The translations under genes and the position numbers were made by a program. Of a DNA stretch of 28,625 bases, positions 1 through 8,392 are shown piece after piece. The notes beneath the pieces are model-generated. The model saw only the letters and a list, made by a program, of their open reading frames with translations. It made no database searches and was not told the DNA's origin. Numbering within the stretch: the stretch's first letter is position 1; every line of letters begins with the position of its first letter. Source of the stretch: an uncultured Synergistia bacterium (GTDB taxonomy: Bacteria > Vulcanimicrobiota > SpSt-956 > JAKJGF01); the NCBI GenBank assembly GCA_964431735.1, contig CAYSLJ010000099.1:1-28625 (forward strand), read 5' to 3'.

Positions 1-59
1 ATTTCTGTAGATTTGTGTAATGTTACATAGATTTACATAAATATAAATCAACGGAAATT

Positions 60-458
60 ATGGAAAAAAATAAGAAAGACAAAAAACTTATACTTATAGT
101 AGATGATGATGAACATATAAATAAAGTTCTGAAACTTACACTTGAAACAGAAGGTTATGATGTTATGTCTGCCATGAGTGCAGAAGAAGCTTTCGCATAT
201 ATTGGCTTTCGAAAACCTGATTTAATTATCTGTGACATAATGATGCCTGAAAAAGACGGCCATGTTTTTTTGAAAGAACTGAGAGATAACCCTGAAAACG
301 GGGATATAATAGTTATAATGCTTACTGCTCTGAGTGATTTTGAGAATATAAGAAAAACTGTTTCTGCAGGTGTTTATGATTATCTTACAAAACCAATAGA
401 AGCTCCGAAACTGATAGGTATCGTAAGAAACGCCTTCAACGAGTTTTATCAGTGGTAA
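60..458 (+). CDS. Stand-alone response regulator receiver (CheY-like) domain protein
   Basis: 132 aa. Receiver signature present: acidic pair in LILIVDDDEH, phospho-acceptor Asp in LIICDIMMPEKDG, conserved T in MLTAL and K in LTKP. No output domain. Confidence 0.8.
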   Translation: MEKNKKDKKLILIVDDDEHINKVLKLTLETEGYDVMSAMSAEEAFAYIGFRKPDLIICDIMMPEKDGHVFLKELRDNPENGDIIVIMLTALSDFENIRKTVSAGVYDYLTKPIEAPKLIGIVRNAFNEFYQW

Positions 459-499
459 AATTTTATTTATCATAATCAGTAGAAAATATTTAACCGGTT

Positions 500-528
500 G
501 TGTAGAGACACCCCTGGCGTCTCTACAC
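500..528. terminator. Perfect 10-bp inverted repeat hairpin between convergent genes
   Basis: gtgtagagac / gtctctacac with a 9-nt loop, followed by an A6 run on + (T6 on -). It lies between the stop of the receiver gene (458) and the stop of the minus-strand Lon-like gene (538). The U-tract geometry is not canonical for either strand, so the terminator call is tentative. Confidence 0.35.
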
Positions 529-537
529 GTCAAAAAA

Positions 538-2535
538 TTAATTTTCCCCTAATTTGCCTGACATATAGGCCTGTATCTCTGATAATATAGTAGATCTCCA
601 GTAATAACCGAGTGCTTCAATCTGTTCTTCAGAATTTCCCTGTCTCAACAGAGATGCATTTTCATAATAACATATTGGCAGAACAGAATTCTCTTCCCCG
701 TTAAGATGTATAAGAGACAGAGCTCTTTTATCTGCAAAATTCAACATATTTGCAAGAGCTCTTTCGTTTTTTATAGATACAACCTGTGTATAATTTTTAT
801 CAAACTGAGGATCAAGGGAATAAAATTTTGCTATTAACTGTGCGGATAATGTATAGGTAGATGAAGCTTCTCCTATAATCATGGGAGCAGATTCAGCCGT
901 TTCTGAAAATTCCTTTTTCATTAATTCAACGCCATAGGTACTTGCAAAAGCCATCATATATCTGTTATCAAGCTTCATAAAATTATATTTCATAACATCT
1001 GAATGGATACCTGCAGATTTTGCATATTCGTCTACAATAGTGCTTTCAAAATAAGACATATTTGCCTTTGCCGCTCCTGCCATTATTTCTCCTAATTTTA
1101 CAAGGTCATCATTATTTACAGTGGCAGGACTTCCGAAATCTTTGGCAATATCGAGACAATCCTTTGTAATAGTAAGCAAAGCACTGGCACAGCAATAATA
1201 ATACCCTACATAATAAAGTTCTTCCATAAGCTGTGCTTCATCATAGGAACTGATATTTTTCTGTATTGTACTGATTTTATCATCTGCAAGCAAGATGAAT
1301 CCTTCTGCCATTGTGAGTTTGCTGTAGGCTTCAAATAATGCCACATAATCACTGGTAGATTCAACATCTTCTGCTTTAAGATTATCCATAGCAGCACTTA
1401 ACTCGGTTTTAACAGATTCCTTGCTTTCAAGATAGGATATGGCGCCATCAAAACCGCTGTTCTGATAACGCTGTATCATATTCATGGCAAGTACTATGGC
1501 ATCCATCTGAACAGTAGCTCCCGTTGCCCTGTCATAGGCCACACTGGCCATACCCTGGGAAAGGGCATTATCGGCTTTTTGAGCCAGTTCATCAACCATG
1601 CCGGCAAATGCGCCGAAATAGGTCTGATAATCTTTAGGGAACGACTTATACTCACCTTTTAATTTTTTGTATCTGCTGTACCATTCCTTTGCTCTTCCTT
1701 TAAATCTGTCAAAGGCTTTTGACGGCAGTTGAGGAGGTGTATCGGAAACCTCCATTTGAGGAAGACTGTCTCCTGTAAGAAGTTTATATGCTTCATATAC
1801 ATTGGAGACTTCCTTTACTTCCAGACCAAGCTTCTTTCCTTTTTCTATAACATCAATAGATGCTTTTGTACCCATATCAACTGAATATCTCTGTCCTGCA
1901 GGAATAAGAACAAGGATTTTTCCTTTTTTCTGAGCACCGTAAAGTTTCTGCGGTATACCTCCTACAGGGCCTATTGTGCCATCAGGATTAATGGTTCCTG
2001 TCATAGTTGCATCTTCTCTTACCTGCTGTCCGCGAAGAGCAGCAAGTGTTCCTACCGTCATAAGACACCCTGCACTGGGGCCGTCAATTCTGCCGCCTGT
2101 ATCGAAAGAAAATTCGTAATTTGTGGCATCTTTACCAAGGAGCATATTTGCAAGAACAACTGCCATCCATCCGGAAGAGCGCCACATATTCCCTGTTCCT
2201 CCTGCTTCACTTTCACCGAAGGAAACTTTCATTTTTTCACTGGTTTTCTTTTCTGCTTTTATTATCACCTCGCTGGATCCACCACTGGGAGGATCACCGC
2301 CTAAATAATAAAGAGCATCTATTTTTACCTCTTTTTCTTCCTCTGTGCCGGAAGTTACAGGTGTTACTTCACCTGTGGAAGGAGTTTTTTGAGATACGTC
2401 CGTTCCCGGAGTTACACTGTCTGAAGGGATCTGCTGGAATAATTTAGTGCATGGAGGACAGCAGCAGGAAGAAAATAAAAGTGTTATAAGACAGATAAAT
2501 ACAGAAATAGAGAGCATTTTTGTTACTTTTTTCAT
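538..2535 (-). CDS. Lipoprotein with Lon-type (S16) serine protease domain and a ~380-aa C-terminal domain of unknown function
   Basis: Signal peptide plus lipobox-like LLFSSC, then a Thr/Ser/Glu-rich linker. Lon catalytic Ser motif DGPSAGCLMTVGTLAAL and Lys region GGIPQKLYGAQKKGKILVLIPAGQ are present. No AAA+ ATPase region. AAGGAGG Shine-Dalgarno 8 nt upstream of the ATG. Confidence 0.75.
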   Translation of the reverse strand: MKKVTKMLSISVFICLITLLFSSCCCPPCTKLFQQIPSDSVTPGTDVSQKTPSTGEVTPVTSGTEEEKEVKIDALYYLGGDPPSGGSSEVIIKAEKKTSEKMKVSFGESEAGGTGNMWRSSGWMAVVLANMLLGKDATNYEFSFDTGGRIDGPSAGCLMTVGTLAALRGQQVREDATMTGTINPDGTIGPVGGIPQKLYGAQKKGKILVLIPAGQRYSVDMGTKASIDVIEKGKKLGLEVKEVSNVYEAYKLLTGDSLPQMEVSDTPPQLPSKAFDRFKGRAKEWYSRYKKLKGEYKSFPKDYQTYFGAFAGMVDELAQKADNALSQGMASVAYDRATGATVQMDAIVLAMNMIQRYQNSGFDGAISYLESKESVKTELSAAMDNLKAEDVESTSDYVALFEAYSKLTMAEGFILLADDKISTIQKNISSYDEAQLMEELYYVGYYYCCASALLTITKDCLDIAKDFGSPATVNNDDLVKLGEIMAGAAKANMSYFESTIVDEYAKSAGIHSDVMKYNFMKLDNRYMMAFASTYGVELMKKEFSETAESAPMIIGEASSTYTLSAQLIAKFYSLDPQFDKNYTQVVSIKNERALANMLNFADKRALSLIHLNGEENSVLPICYYENASLLRQGNSEEQIEALGYYWRSTILSEIQAYMSGKLGEN

Positions 2536-2558
2536 TTAAATAACCTCCTTAAAAAAAT

Positions 2559-2588
2559 CGTGACGCGTGACGCGTGACGCGTGACGCG
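2559..2588. repeat. Tandem heptamer array (CGTGACG)x4, directly 5' of the Lon-like gene start
   Basis: cgtgacgcgtgacgcgtgacgcgtgacgcg. On the gene's sense strand it reads ...cgtcacgcgtcacgatttttttAAGGAGGttatttaaATG. Confidence 0.9.
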
Positions 2589-2708
2589 AGGTAAAACCTG
2601 AGATGTCAGAGAGAAAACATTGCCGGTTATACTTCCTGACAGATTATATTACAGGCTTCCAGATATAAATTCTTCTAAAATCTATAAATTTCCTACATAA
2701 ATATAAAT

Positions 2709-3113
2709 TTATTTCTTCCCGCCTATGATACGGGAAATTTTTGTTTCCAGAAGAAGGGGAAATTCAGTAAAAAGCTTCTCGTTCAAACAGGCCTGAAACC
2801 ACAAAAGCCCCGGCCTGTAAAGGGGAAAATTCTTTAAAGGCGATAAAAACCTCTTAACGGTACATTGCTGATCAGAATGAAAATTTCTCTTTAAAATCTC
2901 GAAATAAAGCTGATCCTTCTGGGCTGTAAGTATTTTTATCTCTTCTTTATAATCACCTTCAGGAACAACCCATTCCGTAACGATACAGAAAGAAATATTT
3001 GAAGGATATGTTACAGCCTTTATTTTATTAAATATACCGCTCAATACAGGTCTTTCTGACATATCTTTACCTATGGCATCACATAATATAAATGATTTTA
3101 TAAAAGCTTCCAA
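2709..3113 (-). CDS. Hypothetical protein (134 aa), TTG start
   Basis: ORF with AAGGAG Shine-Dalgarno 9 nt upstream of a TTG start. The same heptamer promoter-proximal module precedes it. I recognise no domain. Confidence 0.5.
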   Translation of the reverse strand: MEAFIKSFILCDAIGKDMSERPVLSGIFNKIKAVTYPSNISFCIVTEWVVPEGDYKEEIKILTAQKDQLYFEILKRNFHSDQQCTVKRFLSPLKNFPLYRPGLLWFQACLNEKLFTEFPLLLETKISRIIGGKK

Positions 3114-3132
3114 TATGATTGACTCCTTAAAT

Positions 3133-3162
3133 CGTGACGCGTGACGCGTGACGCGTGACGCG
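3133..3162. repeat. Tandem heptamer array (CGTGACG)x4, near-identical copy of the 2559-2588 array
   Basis: atcgtgacgcgtgacgcgtgacgcgtgacgcgagg is shared between the two loci, flanks included. It lies immediately 5' of the 2709..3113 gene start. Confidence 0.9.
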
Positions 3163-3241
3163 AGGATCGTTTATTATGAACAATATATATATTGATTTAT
3201 TCTATAAATATGAAAAAAATCCTACATAAGAATTATCTTCA

Positions 3242-3304
3242 GTGAGTAGTGAGTAGTGAGTAGTGAGTAGTGAGTAGTGAGTAGTGAGTAGTGAAAAGTG
3301 AATT
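3242..3304. repeat. Tandem heptamer array (GTGAGTA)x7 followed by GTGAAAA/GTGAATT units
   Basis: Perfect 7x7 bp tandem repeat 3242-3290, then degenerate GTGAnnn units. Confidence 0.95.
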
Positions 3305-3317
3305 TTACGCTTTACGT

Positions 3318-3434
3318 GTCACGCGTCACGATTTATAGTATCACGTATTACGCATCACGCATTACGCATCACGCATCATGCATCACGAACCACCCGTCAC
3401 ACGTCACGCGTTACGCGTCACGCGTCACGACTAT
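3318..3434. repeat. Composite heptamer array (TCACGCG / TCACGTA / TTACGCA / TCATGCA units) ending in the conserved module ...CCACCCGTCACACGTCACGCGTTACGCGTCACGCGTCACGACTA
   Basis: About 16 consecutive 7-bp units. The terminal part matches the modules at 13584-13620 (-), 17003-17035, 23345-23381 (-) and 25817-25853. Confidence 0.9.
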
Positions 3435-3457
3435 AGAAGAAATATTATACGTAAACT

Positions 3458-4819
3458 ATGCAGGAAATTAAAGATAAATTTAGAAATTCATTTATTATGA
3501 AACAAAAAGTTATCAATGATCCTGTCCACGGATTTATACTTATAGATCCTCCGTTAATTCTGGAATTAATGGACAGTTATACCTTTCAGAGGCTCAGAAG
3601 GATAAGACAGTTAGGAACTACATTTATTACCTATCCCGGGGCGGAACATACAAGGTTTGCCCATTCAATAGGGGTTTTTTATCTTGCCACAAAGATAATA
3701 TCACACCTGTTAAACCTTTCGGGAAATCCTTTTTCTCATTTAAACAGAGAAGAGAAAGAAAGGCTTCACCTGCTGGTTCAGGTAGCAGGTCTGCTCCATG
3801 ATATAGGCCACGGGCCTCTTTCTCATGTATTCGAACGTATTTTCGGCCTGCCCCATGAAGAATGGACAAAAAAAATAATACTCGGTGATGAAAATTGTAA
3901 TGAAATCTACAATATACTGACAGGAAAAAATAATCCTTTCGGAAAAGATTTTCCCTCAGACCTTCTGGCAATACTCAATAATAAATATATAGATCCGAAG
4001 GAAGGATATCTGTCCTGTGTAAATCCCATCATATCAAGCCAGTTAGATGCAGACAGACTCGATTACCTTCAGAGAGATGCCTACTATACGGGAGTAAGAT
4101 CGGGTTTTATAGATGCAGACAGGATAATTTATACACTCGATCTTTATAAATCGGAAGAAGACGGTAAAATAAAAGAAAAAATCGTAGTATGGGATAAAAG
4201 CTTTTATAATGTGGAAGAATATATTTTTTCCAGATATTATATGTACTGGAAGGTATATCACCACAGGACTACAAGGTTTTTCGATTTGCTCTTTATGAAT
4301 ATAGTAAAAAGACTTAAAGAGAGTAAAGAACCTGATGACGTAAGTATTGCCTCCAAGAATCTTTTAAACATACTCATAAAACCTTCTCCGTCTCTCCAGG
4401 ACTGGCTTATGCTCGACGAATCCGATTTACTTTATTCAATCAAGATGTGGGCCTTCCACGGTAAGGATGCAATACTGAAAGATCTATGTGAAAGATTCAT
4501 AAAAAGAAAGGTTTTTAAATCTATTCCAGATTCATTCATAATGAATGAAGAAAAAATAGAAGAAGTAAAATCTTTCCTTCTCGGGAAAGGTCTATCACCT
4601 GAATATTATTTCCTTCAGGATACGGCGTCTAAAGTAGCCTATGATTTTTATACGGAAGAACATGAACGTATCTATATAATGGACAAATATACCCATAAAC
4701 CATGCCCCATATCAGACTTATCCGATAAAGTAAGAACACTGGCACAGAAAAATGTAGAAAAAAGATTTTATGTACATCCCGATTTTCATGAAGATATTTT
4801 AAATATTCTGAAAGGCTAA
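3458..4819 (+). CDS. HD-domain phosphohydrolase, dNTP triphosphohydrolase (dGTPase/SAMHD1-like, COG1078-type)
   Basis: N-terminal DPVHGFI...FQRLRRIRQLG...YPGAEHTRFAHSIGV and HD motif LLHDIGHGPLSH. 453 aa. The start could alternatively be the Met at 3497 (MKQKVINDPVHGF). Confidence 0.8.
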   Translation: MQEIKDKFRNSFIMKQKVINDPVHGFILIDPPLILELMDSYTFQRLRRIRQLGTTFITYPGAEHTRFAHSIGVFYLATKIISHLLNLSGNPFSHLNREEKERLHLLVQVAGLLHDIGHGPLSHVFERIFGLPHEEWTKKIILGDENCNEIYNILTGKNNPFGKDFPSDLLAILNNKYIDPKEGYLSCVNPIISSQLDADRLDYLQRDAYYTGVRSGFIDADRIIYTLDLYKSEEDGKIKEKIVVWDKSFYNVEEYIFSRYYMYWKVYHHRTTRFFDLLFMNIVKRLKESKEPDDVSIASKNLLNILIKPSPSLQDWLMLDESDLLYSIKMWAFHGKDAILKDLCERFIKRKVFKSIPDSFIMNEEKIEEVKSFLLGKGLSPEYYFLQDTASKVAYDFYTEEHERIYIMDKYTHKPCPISDLSDKVRTLAQKNVEKRFYVHPDFHEDILNILKG

Positions 4820-4900
4820 AGAACCTTGTCATGAATGGAGTGTAAACCTCTGTTAAAACCTTATAGAAACAAAAGATCTTACAATTTCGTTAAAAATCCT

Positions 4901-4932
4901 CGTGTCACGCGTCACGCGTCACGCGTCACGAT
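4901..4932. repeat. Tandem heptamer array (TCACGCG)x4 ending cgtcacgattct immediately before the ATG at 4936
   Basis: cgtgtcacgcgtcacgcgtcacgcgtcacgattctATG. No Shine-Dalgarno lies between the array and the start. Confidence 0.9.
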
Positions 4933-4935
4933 TCT

Positions 4936-7272
4936 ATGAAACAAATAATTACAGGTGTCCATACATTACTCGATCTCATATTCAGAGAAAAAGATCTTTC
5001 TCTGTCAATAATGTCACAAACAAGGCTTACAGAAGGCATAGCAGGTCATATAGAAGTTCAGTCTTCAAGACCGGCACACTATGAAGCAGAAGTTCCTGTT
5101 CAATTCAACTATATATATGAACCATATGAAGTTATTGTAAGAGGACGTATTGACGGTATCTACAGATATGAAGATATTCTGAAAATTGAAGAAATAAAAA
5201 CTACCTCTATGGAACTTGAATCATTAAGGGCCGGCATTCATCCCTACTATGAAGCACAGCTTAAACTCTATATGTATTTCCTCAAAGAACAAAATAAAGA
5301 TAAAAAGATTGAAGGAGTGCTAACATATTATTCGACAAAGACAGGCCAAACAAGAGAATTTAATATAGAATTCAATGAAAAAGATTTCAGAGATTTTTTC
5401 GAATATCTTGCGGGAACCATTATAGATATACAGAAAAAAGAAGACAAATGGAAGGAATTAAGAGACAGTTCCATTCAAGAATTGACATTTCCATTTGATA
5501 TATTGAGAAAAGGCCAGAAGGAACTGGGAGAGAAAATCTCACAGATTATAGAAGAGGGAAAAAATCTCCTCCTGGAAGCACCTACGGGGACAGGGAAAAC
5601 TGTGGCAATACTTTTTCCGTCAATAAAACTTCTTCCACCGGGACTTTACGAAAAAATCTTTTTCCTCACAGCGAAAACGCCGGGACAGAATATAGTAAGG
5701 GAAACACTTCAGATATTTAAAGAAAAAGGACTTCATATGAAAAGTGTCTTTTTAAATGCAAAAGAAAAGATGTGTGTCACGGGAGATTGTAACTGTGATC
5801 CTTTACTGTGTAAATATGCGGAAGGGTATTATGAAAAACTCCCCTCTGCCATCGAAGAAATAGTGAAAGATGAAATTATTACAAGAGAACAAATTATTTC
5901 CGTGGCAGAAACATTTAAGATATGTCCCTTTGAATTTTCTCTCGATCTGTCTCTGTACTGCGACATGGTAGTCTGCGATTATAATTATGTCTTTGATCCC
6001 GCCGTATATTTAAGAAGATATTTTCTCGGAGGAAAAGAGAAATATCTGTTTCTCATAGATGAAGCCCATAATCTGGTAAACAGAGGAAGAGATATGTATT
6101 CCGCCTCTTTAGATAAAAAAACTGTGCTTGAGCTGAAAAGAGAAATGAAACATAAAGACAGGAATCTGTATAAATTCTTTGATGATATGAATAAACAGTT
6201 TATTTCCTGGAACAAAGAATTAAAAGAACTTAAAAAATCCATCCTTCTCTTAAATGACATACCGGAATGTTTTAATCTATGGAAAGAAGAATTTTTCAGC
6301 ATGTCAGATGAATTTTTCGGTAGTAATAACCAGTCTCTGGAGCTAAAAAATTTTTATTATGACTTTCAGCATTTTAAAAGAATAATGGAGCTTGCCTCTG
6401 AAGAACACAGAATTTTCATAAAAAGTACTCATCAAAATCTCTTCTGGAAAATATTCTGCCTCAACCCGGGAAAAGAACTATCAAAAAGATTAAAAAGAAG
6501 TCATGCTTCCATTTTCTTTTCAGGCACCCTTTCACCTGACGAATATTTCAGAGACCATCTTGGTTTAAAAGAAGAAACCGAATATTTAAGCCTTCCCTCG
6601 CCTTTTCCGCCTGAAAATTCACTCTATCTTCATATCCCCGGTATAGCCACTACCTATAAAAGAAGAGAAGAATTTTATGAGAAAATCGCAGAACATATAA
6701 AAAGAGTTATTTCTACGAAAAAAGGGAATTATCTGTGTTTCTTCCCTTCCTATAAATTTTTAGACGATGTTCTGGCAAGGTTTCCTTTACCGGAAGACTC
6801 TTATATCTTTATACAATCAAAAAATATGACAGAAACTGAAAGGGATGAATTTTTAAATAATTTCATTCTTTCCGGAGAAACACGACTTGGATTTGTAGTC
6901 ATGGGAGGCCTTTTCGGAGAAGGCATAGATCTGCCCGGCGAAAGACTCATAGGTGCCATTATAATCGGAGTAGGTCTTCCCATGGTAGACGAAGAACAAT
7001 CGCTCATAAGCGACTATTTCGAAGAAAAAGAAAAAGGTAAAGGGTTTCTTTACAGTTATATGATCCCGGGCATGATAAGGGTCATACAGTCTGCCGGAAG
7101 GGTTTACAGGACTCCGGCCGATAAAGGGATCGTAGTGTTAATGGATGACCGGTTCAGACATAGCGGGTATCTGAAGCTTATGCCGAAGCGGTGGTTTACA
7201 GAGAAAAGAGCCCTGTCTTCAGGTGAATATGAAGGGATTTTAAGGGATTTCTGGCATGGTAATTATAGATAA
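4936..7272 (+). CDS. Fusion protein: N-terminal RecB/Cas4-family PD-(D/E)xK nuclease domain + XPD/DinG (Rad3)-family iron-sulfur SF2 helicase
   Basis: Nuclease motifs in the first ~130 aa: GRIDGIY (motif II), EEIKTT (ExK), YEAQLKLYMYF (QxxxY). Helicase motifs: Walker A EAPTGTGKT, DEAH box IDEAHNL. Four-Cys Fe-S insertion: CVTGDCNCDPLLC ... CPFEFS...YCDMVVCDY. Also SEGIDLPGE-like GEGIDLPGERL and motif VI QSAGRVYRTPADKGIVVLMDDRF. Confidence 0.85.
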   Translation: MKQIITGVHTLLDLIFREKDLSLSIMSQTRLTEGIAGHIEVQSSRPAHYEAEVPVQFNYIYEPYEVIVRGRIDGIYRYEDILKIEEIKTTSMELESLRAGIHPYYEAQLKLYMYFLKEQNKDKKIEGVLTYYSTKTGQTREFNIEFNEKDFRDFFEYLAGTIIDIQKKEDKWKELRDSSIQELTFPFDILRKGQKELGEKISQIIEEGKNLLLEAPTGTGKTVAILFPSIKLLPPGLYEKIFFLTAKTPGQNIVRETLQIFKEKGLHMKSVFLNAKEKMCVTGDCNCDPLLCKYAEGYYEKLPSAIEEIVKDEIITREQIISVAETFKICPFEFSLDLSLYCDMVVCDYNYVFDPAVYLRRYFLGGKEKYLFLIDEAHNLVNRGRDMYSASLDKKTVLELKREMKHKDRNLYKFFDDMNKQFISWNKELKELKKSILLLNDIPECFNLWKEEFFSMSDEFFGSNNQSLELKNFYYDFQHFKRIMELASEEHRIFIKSTHQNLFWKIFCLNPGKELSKRLKRSHASIFFSGTLSPDEYFRDHLGLKEETEYLSLPSPFPPENSLYLHIPGIATTYKRREEFYEKIAEHIKRVISTKKGNYLCFFPSYKFLDDVLARFPLPEDSYIFIQSKNMTETERDEFLNNFILSGETRLGFVVMGGLFGEGIDLPGERLIGAIIIGVGLPMVDEEQSLISDYFEEKEKGKGFLYSYMIPGMIRVIQSAGRVYRTPADKGIVVLMDDRFRHSGYLKLMPKRWFTEKRALSSGEYEGILRDFWHGNYR

Positions 7273-7330
7273 AAATCATATTTTATGCTATAATTGCTGT
7301 GGTGAATATAAATAATACAATAGCTGCTCT

Positions 7331-7346
7331 CGTGACGCGTGACGGG
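7331..7346. repeat. Short heptamer array (GTGACGC x2) in the 4936..7272 / 7397..7972 intergenic region
   Basis: cgtgacgcgtgacggg. A TATAAT hexamer lies 40 bp upstream at about 7289. Confidence 0.7.
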
Positions 7347-7396
7347 AGAAACACATTTCTCATGTCATTATAAAGGGAATTCACTTAGAAAGGCAG

Positions 7397-7972
7397 GTGA
7401 AAAGGATGATAATAGAAGAGAGAGTAGACAGACTGGAAGAAATGATGGTTAAAACTCAGATGGTGGTGCAGAGCCTGGCTATAGAAATGAAATTATTCAG
7501 GGATGAAATGAAAAGAGATACTAAAAATTTAAAGCAGGAACTGGCAGGAGTGTCAAAGAAAATGGGCACAATAGTGGAAGATATTGTGGCACCGAATATT
7601 AATTATATAGGAAAAAAATACTTTAACTGTTATGATTGCCAGCTTTTTATGGTAAGAGTGAAAGTAAATCACAGTAAAATAAAAGGAAAGAATACGGAAT
7701 TTGACATTATAAGTGTATACTCTGATAAAGTAATAATAAATGAAACAAAATCTACTCCAAGAACAGAAGATCCTCAGAATTTCTCCGAAAAAACAAATGA
7801 TTTCTTTGACTATTTCCCTGAATATAAAGGGAAGCAATTAATTCCGGTGTTTGCCAGTATCCATATCCCTGAAAATATTCTTGCAGATCTTTCCAGAAAT
7901 AAGATTTATGCTATGGCCATGAAGGAAGGCACTATGGATATACTCAATCCAGAGGTTCTGGAAGTATACTGA
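7397..7972 (+). CDS. Hypothetical protein: N-terminal coiled-coil plus C-terminal putative PD-(D/E)xK (restriction-endonuclease-like) domain
   Basis: 191 aa. Begins EERVDRLEEMMVKTQ... (heptad-like). Spaced acidic/Lys residues GTIVEDIV ... EFDIISVY ... INETKS fit an E / D / ExK pattern. GGTGAAAAGG Shine-Dalgarno upstream. The domain call is inference only. Confidence 0.55.
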   Translation: MKRMIIEERVDRLEEMMVKTQMVVQSLAIEMKLFRDEMKRDTKNLKQELAGVSKKMGTIVEDIVAPNINYIGKKYFNCYDCQLFMVRVKVNHSKIKGKNTEFDIISVYSDKVIINETKSTPRTEDPQNFSEKTNDFFDYFPEYKGKQLIPVFASIHIPENILADLSRNKIYAMAMKEGTMDILNPEVLEVY

Positions 7973-8130
7973 CAGGAAGCCAGTATGTTAGTAAAAATAT
8001 TAACATACTGGAGGTGTAACCATTGTTTCTTACTCTGAGAAAATCGGCTTTAACAGAAGAATTTGATTACAATTTTATCAAGTATGCCCTTCGTAAAAAA
8101 ATCAGGACTGTTCAATAAAAATATAAAGAA

Positions 8131-8168
8131 TTTATTACGAATAACGTAATAAATTCCGTAATTTTTTT
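8131..8168 (+). terminator. Candidate intrinsic terminator (AT-rich stem + T7 run) downstream of the 7397..7972 gene
   Basis: tttattacg-aataa-cgtaataaa stem-loop followed by ttccgtaattttttt. The stem has only 2 GC pairs. A separate perfect 11-bp hairpin (ccagtatgtta/taacatactgg) sits at 7980-8011 right after the stop. Confidence 0.3.
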
Positions 8169-8179
8169 GATAATAACAC

Positions 8180-8392
8180 TTATCCCTGATTTTGTTCAGC
8201 TTCTATCTGCCTGTCACATGTATCAAGATAATTTTTCCATAATCGTTTCTTACACTCAGAGCAGATAGTATGACTTATGTCCTGAATAATATCTGAAGTT
8301 TCCGTCCATATACCTGTATCAATATCTTTTACTTTTCTGCACCAGGCACATTGTTTTAATTTATACCTGGCTTTTTTTATAATATCTATAAT
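8180..8392 (-). CDS. Candidate small zinc-ribbon protein (two CxxC pairs) lacking a canonical start codon
   Basis: The minus-strand frame encodes ...KKARYKLKQCAWCRKVKDIDTGIWTETSDIIQDISHTICSECKKRLWKNYLDTCDRQIEAEQNQG*. It is preceded by an AAGGGGGG Shine-Dalgarno-like run. The only in-frame candidates are ATT/ATA/CTG, so it is absent from the supplied ORF track. The coordinates assume an ATT start. Confidence 0.25.
   Translation of the reverse strand: MIDIIKKARYKLKQCAWCRKVKDIDTGIWTETSDIIQDISHTICSECKKRLWKNYLDTCDRQIEAEQNQG

Noticed and set aside
500-528. Canonical rho-independent terminator call for the receiver gene
   Set aside because: The stem is strong, but the downstream tract on the plus strand is A-rich rather than T-rich. 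On the minus strand the T-run precedes the stem. I kept it only as a low-confidence hairpin.
222-533. 103-aa minus-strand ORF overlapping the response-regulator gene, and similar antisense ORFs inside large genes (1206..1397, 2121..2447, 3627..3971, 4043..4264, 5985..6302, 6801..7007, 7553..7837, 8526..8768, 12098..12939, 15601..16631, 17423..17903, 18343..18573, 20929..21381, 22932..23189, 24138..25236, 25858..26430, 27403..28338)
   Set aside because: These are shadow ORFs opposite strongly supported genes. They are low complexity, with no ribosome-binding site and no recognisable motifs.
2559-3434. Possible CRISPR array suggested by dense direct repeats
   Set aside because: Repeat unit is only 7 bp with no unique spacers between units. 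CRISPR repeats are about 21-48 bp, separated by similar-length unique spacers. No cas genes are present.
4902-5084. 60-aa ORF overlapping the helicase gene's start in another frame
   Set aside because: It starts within the heptamer array and is out of frame with the strongly supported helicase CDS. It is a repeat translation artefact.
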